A stretch of DNA of 64,000 bases. It comes from Gemmatimonadota bacterium (GTDB lineage: Bacteria; Gemmatimonadota; Gemmatimonadetes; Gemmatimonadales; GWC2-71-9). Each line of letters starts with the position of its first letter. Within the stretch, counting starts at the first letter, position 1. Made by a program: the position numbers and the translations under genes. The stretch covers positions 128,001 to 192,000 of the forward strand of contig JAZDCZ010000254.1 in NCBI GenBank assembly GCA_036679605.1. Direction: 5' to 3'. The notes beneath the pieces are model-generated. The model was not told the origin of the DNA. It worked only from the letters and a program-made list of their open reading frames with translations, and made no database searches. This document shows positions 40,070 to 49,874 of the stretch, in pieces.

Positions 40070-42349
40070 CTACCGACCGGTGTCGTCCTGCCAGGGGAAG
40101 CCTTCGGCCACCCAGAGCTCGTTGAACCCTTTCCATGTCGAGTACGCGATCCGCACGCCGTCGGGATGAAACCTCAAGTTGGCCAGTTGATATGGCGTGA
40201 TCGGGAGATCGAGAGCTCTTGGCACTCCCCCGTTTACATCGACGATCCGGATCTCAAAGTCGTCCGCATCTCCGCCGGTCGGCTCGACCGCATAAATCAA
40301 CTGCTTCCCATCAGGCGTCCACTTCAACGCGATTACACGCCCTGAGTGCGGTTCCCCATGCTCGTAATCATGCTCGACGCTATCGAGCTCACGTGGTGGG
40401 CCACCGGTCAGCGGGAACACGACGAGAACCGAGATCGCCGCCGTGTCGCTGTTCAAAGCCGCCGCGATCGTCTTCCCGTCGGGTGACAACTGCCAATAAC
40501 CCATATTGGTCCCCTCGTCCCCCAAATAGGCGAGTTGCGGTATGGGTTCACGCTCCCCGTCAGCGAGCGAACGGATCCATTTTATTCCGTTCCGCACCAA
40601 GAGAAGATCCTCACCGGGGCGTTGCGGTTCGTCGCCGCTCCCGAAAAGGTTTTGGTCGGTCTGTCCGACGATACGAATGCCCGAAGAGCGCAGCCCTCGC
40701 GCCTGGCGTCCGTCGGTGAAGTGAAACTCGGTATTGGCGCCCGCCACCGAAGCCATGCCCGCGAAATCCCGGCGGTATTCCTCCCGTGTGACTTCGCCGG
40801 TCATCGCATCGATGCGGTACGACACACGACCCCGCGCATCACTCTCGAAATCTCCCCCCTCCACCCAAACGAACCGTCCATCATGGGACCAATCGGGTCG
40901 GCTGTGTCTGTGAAGCTCCCGGAATGGAAGGGGGTGAGCAAGTTCCTCACCCGTCGAGACGGTGTTCACGACCAGGTGTAATGACTCCTGGTCAACGCCG
41001 CGACGGGAGAGATACGCAATTCGCTCGCCGTCGGGCGACCACGCCGGCCGCAGGTTGGTGCCCAGGTGTGACTCGGGAAGTCGCGACGTGTTACGAAGCG
41101 ATCCGGAACCTGAGAGGTCCAACTCCGCCACATACACCTCGCTTTCGATTCCGCGGACCGCGAAGTACGGTGCTCCCGAACTGGTGAGACCCATCGGAAC
41201 CATCGGCCCGAGGTTCGGCTGCACCAACTCGGGCTCGCCTTGGACGCGCCCGTCCTCCCACGGGACGGCCCACAGACCCCTCTGTCCCGACCGGTCGCTC
41301 GTAAAGACGATGCGACGACCATTCGGTGTCCACATGGGCATTTCGTCATCGGTCGGATGCGGGGCAATCGGTATCTCCTCCGATCCGTCCGTGGCCAGCA
41401 CGAACACGTCGTGCGTTTCTTCCCCTTCGGCTGGCGGATACCCGAAGGCCACGTAACGCCCGTCGGGAGAGAGAGCGAGAGATGCCGGGCGGTGGGTCCC
41501 AAGCGTCTTGAGGATGGTGAGCGACCCATCAGTGGACACGAGACCGACTCTGAAGACGTCGTCCCAACCCTTCAAGATGACGGCCACGGCCGAAGTGCGA
41601 GAGGAGAAGGCCCCCGGCACCACCTCCGCAAACTGGAGGTTGTCGAGGATCGCCCGATTCTCCGATCCGTCGGGTCGCACGACGCTAAGCCGCTGATGCG
41701 TCCATTCCTTTACCCACTCGGCATAGGCCAACCACGCACCGTCCTCGGACCAAATCGCGAGCGTGATGTACCCATCGATTGGGCCCTGCGACCAACGGTC
41801 AGTGACGACGCGCGAGCGTCCGTTTCGAATGTTGTATACGGCAACATCCGCATGGCCTCGAAGGGGAGGAGCATCTGCAACTCCCCAGTCCACGAACAGA
41901 ACCTCGCGGCCATCCGGTGACAGGCCCCCGGGATTGAGGAACACGCCAGCGGACCACAATCGCCGGGTTCTCAAGCCATGCTCATCGGTGTTTCGTTGCG
42001 CGTCATCCCCCACCAGCACTGCAAGGCGGGCGCGAGCACGTTGAGCTGCCTCGCGCTGATCCGCATAGTCGCTTAGTACGCGATTGTAGGCCACCTGCGC
42101 TTGCGCCTGGCCGAGCGTTTCGTACACCTGGCCGAGTTCGACGAGGGCCAGGGCGGCGATGTCGCGATAGTCGGGAAAATCCTCGATGAGACTCCGGTAG
42201 AGACCGATGGCCGCATGCGCGTCTCCACGGACGTCGACCTCGTAGCGGGCTGCCTCGAGAAGAATCTTGGGGCTGGCTTGTTGTGATGCGACTGCCGGTG
42301 CCGCAAGCAGAAGGATCATGGCGAAACTGCAGAGTATGGACGTTTTCAT
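40070..42349 (-). CDS. Exported TPR plus TolB/PD40 beta-propeller protein
   Basis: Signal peptide; helical N-domain; many (W/L)SPDG repeats. Confidence 0.85.
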   Translation of the reverse strand: MKTSILCSFAMILLLAAPAVASQQASPKILLEAARYEVDVRGDAHAAIGLYRSLIEDFPDYRDIAALALVELGQVYETLGQAQAQVAYNRVLSDYADQREAAQRARARLAVLVGDDAQRNTDEHGLRTRRLWSAGVFLNPGGLSPDGREVLFVDWGVADAPPLRGHADVAVYNIRNGRSRVVTDRWSQGPIDGYITLAIWSEDGAWLAYAEWVKEWTHQRLSVVRPDGSENRAILDNLQFAEVVPGAFSSRTSAVAVILKGWDDVFRVGLVSTDGSLTILKTLGTHRPASLALSPDGRYVAFGYPPAEGEETHDVFVLATDGSEEIPIAPHPTDDEMPMWTPNGRRIVFTSDRSGQRGLWAVPWEDGRVQGEPELVQPNLGPMVPMGLTSSGAPYFAVRGIESEVYVAELDLSGSGSLRNTSRLPESHLGTNLRPAWSPDGERIAYLSRRGVDQESLHLVVNTVSTGEELAHPLPFRELHRHSRPDWSHDGRFVWVEGGDFESDARGRVSYRIDAMTGEVTREEYRRDFAGMASVAGANTEFHFTDGRQARGLRSSGIRIVGQTDQNLFGSGDEPQRPGEDLLLVRNGIKWIRSLADGEREPIPQLAYLGDEGTNMGYWQLSPDGKTIAAALNSDTAAISVLVVFPLTGGPPRELDSVEHDYEHGEPHSGRVIALKWTPDGKQLIYAVEPTGGDADDFEIRIVDVNGGVPRALDLPITPYQLANLRFHPDGVRIAYSTWKGFNELWVAEGFPWQDDTGR

Positions 42350-42459
42350 CGGTGACCTCCAACAGGGACATGCCAAATCGTATTTCGATGCAACGATATC
42401 CCTGTCGTTCGACGCTTGCCCGAAGCCGGGATGGGCGCTTGGTGAAGACTACACGAAGT

Positions 42460-43143
42460 TCATTCCGCGAACCGGTATCCCACGCCTCGGACCTGAATGA
42501 GATGGCGGGGCTCCGCGGGATCGTCCTCAAGCTTCCTTCTCAAGTTCGCTATGTGCGTATCGACCGTTCTGGGAAAGACGGAAGCGGGATCATCCCATAG
42601 GTGGTCCAATATGTCGGAACGGCTCACCGCCTCGTGGCGATGCTCGATCAGATACTTGAGGAGATCGAACTCCAACTTGGTCATTTCCAGCGACTCCCCG
42701 TTCCGTGTCGCCTGGTACTTCCGGAAATCGACCTCGACGTTCCCAAATCTGCAGGTATCCATTGTCGCGGGTGTGGGCCGCCCCCGTCGCAGTATCGCCT
42801 TGATGCGAGCCCCAAGTTCTCGCGGGCTGAACGGCTTGGTGACGTAGTCGTCGGCACCAAGTTCGAGACCGAGCACCTTATCGACCTCCTGCCCCTTGGC
42901 CGTGAGCATGAGTATCGGTGTCTCCACCCCTTCGCCGCGGAGTCGCCTGCACACGTCGAAACCGTCCATGCCAGGCAGCATGATGTCCAGAATGATGAGG
43001 TCGAGCGAGGTCTTGCCGGCCTTGCGCAAACCCGATGGACCGTCCCTCGCCGTCTCCACCTCGTACCCGTCGAGGGTGAGGTGATCTTCGAGGGCCATGA
43101 GAATGCTCTCTTCGTCTTCGATGATCAGGATCTTCGACATCAC
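42460..43143 (-). CDS. OmpR/PhoB-family response regulator
   Basis: IIEDE, LDIMLP, GADDYVTKPF, RTVDTHIANLRRK, VRGVGYRF. Confidence 0.96.
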   Translation of the reverse strand: MMSKILIIEDEESILMALEDHLTLDGYEVETARDGPSGLRKAGKTSLDLIILDIMLPGMDGFDVCRRLRGEGVETPILMLTAKGQEVDKVLGLELGADDYVTKPFSPRELGARIKAILRRGRPTPATMDTCRFGNVEVDFRKYQATRNGESLEMTKLEFDLLKYLIEHRHEAVSRSDILDHLWDDPASVFPRTVDTHIANLRRKLEDDPAEPRHLIQVRGVGYRFAE

Positions 43144-45248
43144 GTCCCCCCGGTATTGTGAGTTACCGACGGATCGGCGACGAGCGGGAGGCGCATGGAA
43201 AACGTGCTGCCTCGACCGAGTTCACTGTGCACATGGACATCGCCTCCGTGCGCTCCGACGATTTGCTTGACGAGCGTAAGACCGAGGCCGGTGCCCTTGA
43301 CGCTCCGGGTGAGTTCACCGCCGCCCCGATAGAAACGATCAAAAACTTTGTTGGCCTCCTCAGGTGCCAATCCGATTCCGAAATCCCGGACGGCAATGAC
43401 GATGTGGGCATTCTCGCGGAAGCTCCTCACGACCACCTCTCTCGACGAGCCGGAATACTTCACTCCATTGTCGATGAGGTTGTTGAGTGCCTGGCGGATG
43501 GCATCGGCGTCGAGGAACGCGCGGGGAAGCTGGTCTTCGAGTTCGGCGCGCACGGTGAAGCCCTCGTGAACCACGCGATGCTGCGCCTCGGTGACGATAT
43601 CCTCGACCAACGATCTCACGTCCACAGCCGCCCTGGACATCTCTCGTCGGCCTTCGTCCATCCGGGCAAAGTCGAGCACGTTATCGATGAGCATCGACAG
43701 GCGTTCGCTCTGCTCTACAAGGACGTCGTAGTAGCGACGCCGTCTGTCCTCCGATGGAACCATGTCTGCCTTGAGCATCTCGGCCAATTGACGTATTGCC
43801 GTGAGCGGGCTCTTGAACTCGTGGGACACCGTAGACACGAAATCCGACTGCATGCGGGCCAGCTCCAGCTCTCGAGTGATGCTTCGAATCGTGAGAACCA
43901 AGCCAAAAAGCAGAATGCCAGCAAGTAGCACAAACGCATAGAGATATACCGCGCGCCGCGAGATCAGGAAATTCTCCGCGAGACCGATCGCTTGCGGTGA
44001 TAGTTGCAGACTCCAAGGCGGAAAGTCGCCGAGGCTCGCCGTGACCGCAAGCGAGCCCGAGGGCGGTGCCGCACCAGACGCGGCGAGCGTGTCACCGCTC
44101 TGCGTTCGCAGAGCCCAGACCACTCGTCCGGCGTGATCCGGGAGCGGCGCCTGGACGATGTCCCGCGCAAACGCCCCGACATCGAGCAGGAGGCCCCAGC
44201 CGATGGACGCCGCCCCGGACGGGCGGTGGATGAGCAGCACCGTGTGAAACGCGCGGCCCCCGGGGCCGACCAGAGAGCGCCGCACATTGCCGCCTCCCAC
44301 ATCCAGTTGGCTCCTGGCCACCACCTGGAATTCGAGGAGCGACTCAGCATGCTCGCGACTCACTCTCTCGGCAGCGATGAGGCCTGCCACGGTATCACCG
44401 TACGAAAGGAATGCGTCAGACCGTGCAATTCCTTCGAGCACCTGACGCGCACGGCCTGCAAGCATTTCGAAATGAGCCGGAGTGACGGACCACCGCCCAT
44501 CCACGAGGGATTGGTAGAACTCGAGATAGGCGTTAGCCCCGGAGACGCTATCTCCTGCCTCGAGCAGGATCGCTCCGTACTCCAATCCGGCAGCCGCTCC
44601 GAGCGGCAGTCCGCTCGGCATTCGTACGTGGCCAAACCCGTCGCGAATCTCTTTGTATGTCTCACCACCGTTGGCCAGGTTGCCGAGCTTACGCTGGACA
44701 CGGGCTACAGCATTCAGGGCCTCGCCGCGCTCTCGGTCGTTGGCCGCACGGACTGTCAGTCGCTGGTAACTCATCAGTGATCCCTGGAGGTCGCCGGATC
44801 GAAATTCGCGCGTCCGGGCGGCGTGGAAGCTGGCCGTCCATTCGTCTGTCGTGGACGCCGGCGCGCGCTGCTCTGGCTCCATCTCGAATCGGAGACCCCT
44901 CGTCGCCACGACACGCAGAGGGCCTGCTGGTTCCACAGAGAACACCGCCTGCACCAGCGGCTCCTCCCAGACCAGTCTGTCGACACCCGCCAACACATCG
45001 GAGCCCAGCGAGTCGGCTGACGCGATTACCGAAGCAAGCGCCTGTTCGAGGCCGTCCAGTCGCCCCTCCACCGCCCGCCGAATCTGGACCGCGATCTCCT
45101 GCAGTCGCGTCCGTTGCTCGCGCTCCACCAATGCCTGGTCGTTTTGGATTCCCCGAAACGCCAGATACGCGAGAAGGCCGCTCGGGAGCGCAATCCCAAA
45201 CACAAACGAGAGCAGGATTCGGTTTCGGGCGTGCCGACTCGACATCAT
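43140..45248 (-). CDS. Sensor histidine kinase with large TPR-like extracytoplasmic domain
   Basis: 2 TM; SHEFKSPL, NLIDNGVKY, DFGIG, GTGLGL. Confidence 0.93.
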   Translation of the reverse strand: MMSSRHARNRILLSFVFGIALPSGLLAYLAFRGIQNDQALVEREQRTRLQEIAVQIRRAVEGRLDGLEQALASVIASADSLGSDVLAGVDRLVWEEPLVQAVFSVEPAGPLRVVATRGLRFEMEPEQRAPASTTDEWTASFHAARTREFRSGDLQGSLMSYQRLTVRAANDRERGEALNAVARVQRKLGNLANGGETYKEIRDGFGHVRMPSGLPLGAAAGLEYGAILLEAGDSVSGANAYLEFYQSLVDGRWSVTPAHFEMLAGRARQVLEGIARSDAFLSYGDTVAGLIAAERVSREHAESLLEFQVVARSQLDVGGGNVRRSLVGPGGRAFHTVLLIHRPSGAASIGWGLLLDVGAFARDIVQAPLPDHAGRVVWALRTQSGDTLAASGAAPPSGSLAVTASLGDFPPWSLQLSPQAIGLAENFLISRRAVYLYAFVLLAGILLFGLVLTIRSITRELELARMQSDFVSTVSHEFKSPLTAIRQLAEMLKADMVPSEDRRRRYYDVLVEQSERLSMLIDNVLDFARMDEGRREMSRAAVDVRSLVEDIVTEAQHRVVHEGFTVRAELEDQLPRAFLDADAIRQALNNLIDNGVKYSGSSREVVVRSFRENAHIVIAVRDFGIGLAPEEANKVFDRFYRGGGELTRSVKGTGLGLTLVKQIVGAHGGDVHVHSELGRGSTFSMRLPLVADPSVTHNTGGT

Positions 45249-45410
45249 ATGGAATGCGATCCGATCAAGAAGAAGCAGGGCCTGGCTCGAGGCTTTCTAT
45301 AATGGGGCTCTTCACAAAGTAGGGAAGTCCCTGTCGCCCGCTTGAAGGGGCGGGGAAGTTCGTGTCAAGGCTGTGTGAAGGCGACGCTGTCCACCGCTGG
45401 CCAGATGGAG

Positions 45411-45521
45411 CTTCAGATCCTCGGCGAGGTAGACCGTCGCCATGCCGCCTTCACCGAGGTGGCGTTCGATCCGGTACCGGTCCGCCAGGGCGGTCGAGAG
45501 CCGGGAGGTGATCTCGGGCAT
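45411..45521 (-). pseudogene. Ser/Thr protein kinase 5' stub (37 codons)
   Basis: MPEITSRLSTALADRYRIERHLGEGGMATVYLAEDLK (subdomain I Gly loop), then no kinase sequence. Confidence 0.88.
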
Positions 45522-45553
45522 ATATAGGAAAAGATGCTCGCGTCTGCTGTGCA

Positions 45554-45669
45554 TCGAATCCCGTCTGGCGCATTGGTAACTAGAAATCCCATCGTGAGTT
45601 ACACACGGTTGGATTTTTTCTCGCACCCGCCTACCGACTGAATTGTCACATGCTTTTGTTACAACGGCT
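45554..45669 (+). repeat. attR-like tRNA-Arg 3' end plus terminator plus arm palindrome (third copy)
   Basis: 19-bp identity to tRNA copy 1 3' end; following ~95 bp similar to 34957-35061. Confidence 0.9.
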
Positions 45670-45720
45670 GCTGGCCTTGCGAGCCAACGCTCCAAGCCCG
45701 GGGTCGTGAGTAGTACGAAG

Positions 45721-45810
45721 ATGAGCATCGAGGACCGACTCCGACAAATCGTGACCGCGCTTCCCGAACAGGCCAGCGTCACCCTGCCGGTCCTGTTGGT
45801 GAAGGAGTGG
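45721..45810 (+). pseudogene. N-terminal stub of a small element-associated protein (putative excisionase-like)
   Basis: MSIEDRLRQIVTALPEQASVTLPVLLVKEW just after the arm motif. Confidence 0.4.
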
Positions 45811-45814
45811 CGAC

Positions 45815-46192
45815 CTAGCCACCGTTGAACCTGATATCGGGCATCGGGTAGTGCTTTCGGTTGAGTGTCCACAAGCAGACGCCCGTCGTCGTCGCCGCCG
45901 CCGCAACCAAAGCGTCGGCGAGTTCGAGCCCGTGTGATCGTGCGTAGCGCGCCAGGTAAGCGCCCGCTCGCCGACCTACATGCCCGTCGAGCACGATCTC
46001 TCCACGGGCCTCGAAGAACGCTTGCGTTAGCGGTTCTTCGCCGGGCCGAAGTCCTGCGTAGATCTCCGCCCAGGCGATTGCAGTGCAATAGATGGGTACA
46101 CCGCTTGCTTCAAGCGCAGTTGCCGCATCCACAGTCTCTGTCCGGCCGCGGAGAATCTCGATGATAACGTCGGAGTCGTAGAGGACTCCGAC
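45815..46192 (-). CDS. vapC: PIN-domain toxin (VapC); canonical start codon appears lost
   Basis: LYDSDVII, AEIYAG, LADALVAAAA, TLNRKHYP. Confidence 0.88.
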   Translation of the reverse strand, partial: VGVLYDSDVIIEILRGRTETVDAATALEASGVPIYCTAIAWAEIYAGLRPGEEPLTQAFFEARGEIVLDGHVGRRAGAYLARYARSHGLELADALVAAAATTTGVCLWTLNRKHYPMPDIRFNGG

Positions 46193-46443
46193 TAGTGCCG
46201 CTTCCGACGTGTACTGCGACGGAGCCGCCTCACGTACGCGTCGGTGCTGTCGAGTTCTTCCCGGTCGTGCCATAGCGAGGTAATCCCCTCGAGAGTTGCC
46301 ATGCGCTCATCGACGTGCCCACCCACGTATGCTCGCGCGACCGCTTCCCGCACCAAATCGGAGATGGTGCGCCCCTGCTTTTCGGCCAACCTGCGGAGCC
46401 GCTGATGGACAGCTTCGTCGAGGTAAAGTTGCGTCCTAATCAT
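46192..46443 (-). CDS. Ribbon-helix-helix antitoxin (VapB-like)
   Basis: MIRTQLYLDE...GRTISDLVREAV. Confidence 0.88.
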   Translation of the reverse strand: MIRTQLYLDEAVHQRLRRLAEKQGRTISDLVREAVARAYVGGHVDERMATLEGITSLWHDREELDSTDAYVRRLRRSTRRKRH

Positions 46444-46446
46444 ATG

Positions 46447-46478
46447 ATGTATATACATTGCTGTATAGAGGCTGTCAA
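46447..46478 (-). promoter_or_regulatory. Probable leaderless TA promoter with overlapping operator palindrome
   Basis: TTGACA-17 bp-TATATA-6 bp-ATG; palindrome ATGTATATACAT covers the -10. Confidence 0.7.
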
Positions 46479-46483
46479 CGGGG

Positions 46484-46695
46484 TTATTCGACTACCCTAA
46501 GGCGCTGCCAGGCGCTACTTACGGTCAGTTTGAGAACATAGCCCCCACAGTGCGGCTTGAGTTTGGTGCGCGTGCGGCGCACCATCCGGCAGGAACATTC
46601 TCTATCAGGCCCTACGCCGCCGAGACTTCGAGGAGCCCGACCTCGATGAGATCATGGCAGATCTTACCAAGCTGGAGCCGCGCCTGAACGCCTTG
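46484..46695 (+). pseudogene. AbiEii-like nucleotidyltransferase remnant
   Basis: LFDYP..VRLEFGARAAHHPA..IRPYAAE joined out of frame to EEPDLDEIMADLTKLEPRLN. Confidence 0.55.
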
Positions 46696-46773
46696 TACCT
46701 GTACCAGCTGCAGCGGCCCGTAACACTTGAAGTTGCCAGCGCGTTAACGATCGCTAGCCGGATAGGCTCCGCA

Positions 46774-47196
46774 TTACAAATCAATCCGAAGGACGACGAC
46801 GTAGGGTACGTCGAGTTCATCGAACTCAACTCCGTACAATAGGTTCCCGCGTACAATCGGCTGGGGTGAGCTGCGCAGCACAACGGGGAGCGTGATTCGC
46901 CTGAGGAATGCGCCGTCCGCATCATGAATCTCCATCACACGGTCGGTACCGTCGGTGGTCAGGAGGGTCCAGATCCGATCAGCCTCGTCGAGAAAGAACC
47001 CTTGCAAAGCCGGTCTTGCGCGTGGGATCCTAGACAGGTCAATGCGACCGCCGACGCGGCGGAATCGAGCCAGGGCTTCAATAGCTGCTTCGCGCGCCCT
47101 GTCGGTGACAGGCACAGGCTCCAAGCGGCGCGCGATCACCGGGCTCTGCGATTGTCTGCCGGGCGAGCGGGGACCGCCACACCTATATTGCACCAT
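46774..47196 (-). pseudogene. C-terminal fragment of a 6-bladed beta-propeller protein
   Basis: PALQGFFLDEADRIW...DADGAFL...GVEFDELDVPYVVVLRI; no credible N-terminus. Confidence 0.6.
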
Positions 47197-47225
47197 TCTT
47201 CGCCAAGCAATCTCGGGAGTCTTGC

Positions 47226-49841
47226 ATGCTTAGTACCCTCGTTCTAGCCACGCTGATCCAGATCTCTGCGCCGCGTCAGGAACTCGCACCCGGCACCCGC
47301 TACGATCCGGCGATTCCGACCCTGGGAGACGTTGTAGGGCACGACTTCCGCGAGCTGGTGACTCGTCCGGACCAGGTGATTCGGTACGTGGAGGCGCTGG
47401 CAGAGGCTGCTCCGGACCGCACACATCTCATTCGCTATGCCGAGAGCTGGGAGGGTCGCCCGCTCGTCGTTCTGGTGATCGGCTCGCGGGAGCGGATGGC
47501 GCGGTTGGATGAGATCAAGACCGACCTCGCCTTGCTTGCGGACCCCCGGGGTCTTTCCGACCAAGACGCCGAGGCCTTGGTCGCGCGCCTGCCTGTGGTG
47601 ACGGCCTTGATGCACGGCGTGCACGGAAACGAAATCAGCTCGAGCGGAGCCGCGATGGCGGAGGCGTATCATCTTCTCGCTGCACAAGGAGACCAGGACG
47701 TCGACATGATCTTCCGCGAGTCGCTTGTCCTCATCGATCCAATGGAGAACCCCGACGGACGCAATCGCTTCGTCAATCAGAACACGATGGCGCAGTCTCG
47801 CTGGCCGGATCCGAACACGATTTCAGCGGAGCATGACGAGCCGTGGCCGGGCGGGCGCGTGAACCACTATCTGTTCGACTTGAACCGGGACCTCTTCATT
47901 CAGAGTCAGCCGGAGACCCGCGGTAAGATCGAGGTGTTCCTCGATTTCCAACCGCAAATCGTAGTGGATTTCCACGAGATGGGAGGGAATGCCACCTACT
48001 TCTTCCCTCCTACCGCTCCGCCGGCGAATCCCTGGTTCGGGGAGCGTCAGATCGCGCTCATGGACGTCTTCGGTGCGGCGAATGCCGAAGTTTTCGACGA
48101 GCGTGGGTTCGCGTACTTCAACCGCGATGTTTATGACCTGTTTTTTCCGGGCTACGTGGATATGTGGCCGATGAGCAATGGCGCTCTCGGGATGACCTAC
48201 GAGCAAGCCTCGGCGCGAGCGCTCGTAGTCCGACGGCGTGACGGTGACCTGCTGACCTACGGGGACGGTGTACTCCATCACTTCACCGCGGCCATCCAGA
48301 CGGCGAAGACGGCAGCGCAGCACCGCGAGCGGATCGTTCATGACTATCTGGCGTTCCGCCAGGAGGGAGTGGAGCTGGGACGGAGCGGCCCCGCCGAATT
48401 CGTCCTGCATTCGGCGCACGACCCCAGCATGGCTGAGGGCCTGGCGCGGATGCTCGCACGAAACGGCATCGAGGTCAGAGAAGCGACAGGTCCGGTGGAA
48501 GTTGCGGGCCGCACACTTCCGGCCCGTGGCACCTACATCGTACCGCTTGCTCAGCCCTCCCATCGCCTGGTGCATGATCTGTTGGACGATCACGTGCCCA
48601 TGCCGGAGGCGTTCATCCAGCGCCAGGTCGATCGGCGAGCGGAGCGGCTGCGGGATGAAATCTATGACGTGACCGCATGGAGTCAGTCGTTGCTTTGGGA
48701 TGTCGAGGTGCTGACTTCGGACCGACCGACGGGTGGCGCCGGTATGATCGTAGCCGCCGACAGACCCTCCGTAGCAAACACTACGCTGCCTCCCGCACGG
48801 GTCGCGTATCTGATACCGTGGGGCACTGCGGCGGCCGCCACGGTAACCGAAGCGCTTGCGGACGGGATTCGAGTACGCTCGGGCGGCGGCGAGTTCGTCC
48901 TGGGGGACCGCTCCTACGCTGTCGGCACGGCGATTGTCCGCACCACGGAGAACGGTTCCGACCTGGCCGAGCGGCTGGGCGCGATTGCCGCGAAGCACGG
49001 CGCCGAAGTAGTGCCCATCGACGACTCCTACGTTCGTGAGGGCATGTCGCTGGGGAGTGGCCGCGTGCGGGCTCTGCGCGAGCCCAGAGTGCTCCTCGTC
49101 TACGATCGACCCGGCTCGACCTATTCGGTCGGATGGGCCCGCTATGTGCTCGAGCGCCGCTACGGGCAGCGCACCACCGTCGTTCGCGCGTCGCGTCTGG
49201 GCCGCGTCACACTCTCCGACTTCGACGTGGTCATCTTTCCGAGCGGCAACTACTCAGACGCGGTCGGTAGCAGACTCGTGCAAAGACTTCAGAACTGGAT
49301 GCGCGATGGTGGTACGCTCATCACATTGGGAGAATCCACACGCTGGGCTACCCGTGAAGAGGTGGGCCTGCTGGCCACGAAGGCCGAGCGGCGGGGTGGG
49401 CGTGCCGAGGGCACCGATGCACCGTCGCACGACACACCCGATCAGCCCATCGACTTTCTCGACGCCATCGTCCCGAACGACGAAGGGCCGGAGTCGGTTC
49501 CGGGTGTGATCCTTCGGGTGCACCTGAACACGGAGCACTGGCTCGCCTCCGGGACCGATGGGGAAGTGGGCGTGTTCGTGAACGGTGGTCGGGTATTCCA
49601 GCCGATCACACTCGATCGGGGCACCAACGTCGGGCGTTACGCGGAGGTCGACGACCTGGTGTTGAGCGGAGTGGCGTGGGAGGAAACCCTACCGCAATTG
49701 GCCAACAAGGCGTTCCTGATCCATCAGCCTGTGGGGCGCGGCCGGATCATCGCCTTTGCTGAAGACCCCAACTATCGGGCTTACCTGGAGACAACCCAGT
49801 TGCTCTTCATGAATGCCGTTCTGCTCGGCCCGGGGAGATAA
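47226..49841 (+). CDS. M14 family zinc carboxypeptidase, secreted
   Basis: HGNE, NPDG, DLNRD, DFHEMG; C-terminal GATase-like domain. Confidence 0.9.
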   Translation: MLSTLVLATLIQISAPRQELAPGTRYDPAIPTLGDVVGHDFRELVTRPDQVIRYVEALAEAAPDRTHLIRYAESWEGRPLVVLVIGSRERMARLDEIKTDLALLADPRGLSDQDAEALVARLPVVTALMHGVHGNEISSSGAAMAEAYHLLAAQGDQDVDMIFRESLVLIDPMENPDGRNRFVNQNTMAQSRWPDPNTISAEHDEPWPGGRVNHYLFDLNRDLFIQSQPETRGKIEVFLDFQPQIVVDFHEMGGNATYFFPPTAPPANPWFGERQIALMDVFGAANAEVFDERGFAYFNRDVYDLFFPGYVDMWPMSNGALGMTYEQASARALVVRRRDGDLLTYGDGVLHHFTAAIQTAKTAAQHRERIVHDYLAFRQEGVELGRSGPAEFVLHSAHDPSMAEGLARMLARNGIEVREATGPVEVAGRTLPARGTYIVPLAQPSHRLVHDLLDDHVPMPEAFIQRQVDRRAERLRDEIYDVTAWSQSLLWDVEVLTSDRPTGGAGMIVAADRPSVANTTLPPARVAYLIPWGTAAAATVTEALADGIRVRSGGGEFVLGDRSYAVGTAIVRTTENGSDLAERLGAIAAKHGAEVVPIDDSYVREGMSLGSGRVRALREPRVLLVYDRPGSTYSVGWARYVLERRYGQRTTVVRASRLGRVTLSDFDVVIFPSGNYSDAVGSRLVQRLQNWMRDGGTLITLGESTRWATREEVGLLATKAERRGGRAEGTDAPSHDTPDQPIDFLDAIVPNDEGPESVPGVILRVHLNTEHWLASGTDGEVGVFVNGGRVFQPITLDRGTNVGRYAEVDDLVLSGVAWEETLPQLANKAFLIHQPVGRGRIIAFAEDPNYRAYLETTQLLFMNAVLLGPGR

Positions 49842-49874
49842 GATGCGGAGGATGATTTCTATCCTTGTTGGGAC

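Noticed and set aside
46448..46457. TGTATATA as the partner end of the Tn7-like end
   Set aside because: No internal repeats follow and the flank does not match GTAAG; better explained as the TA operator and -10.
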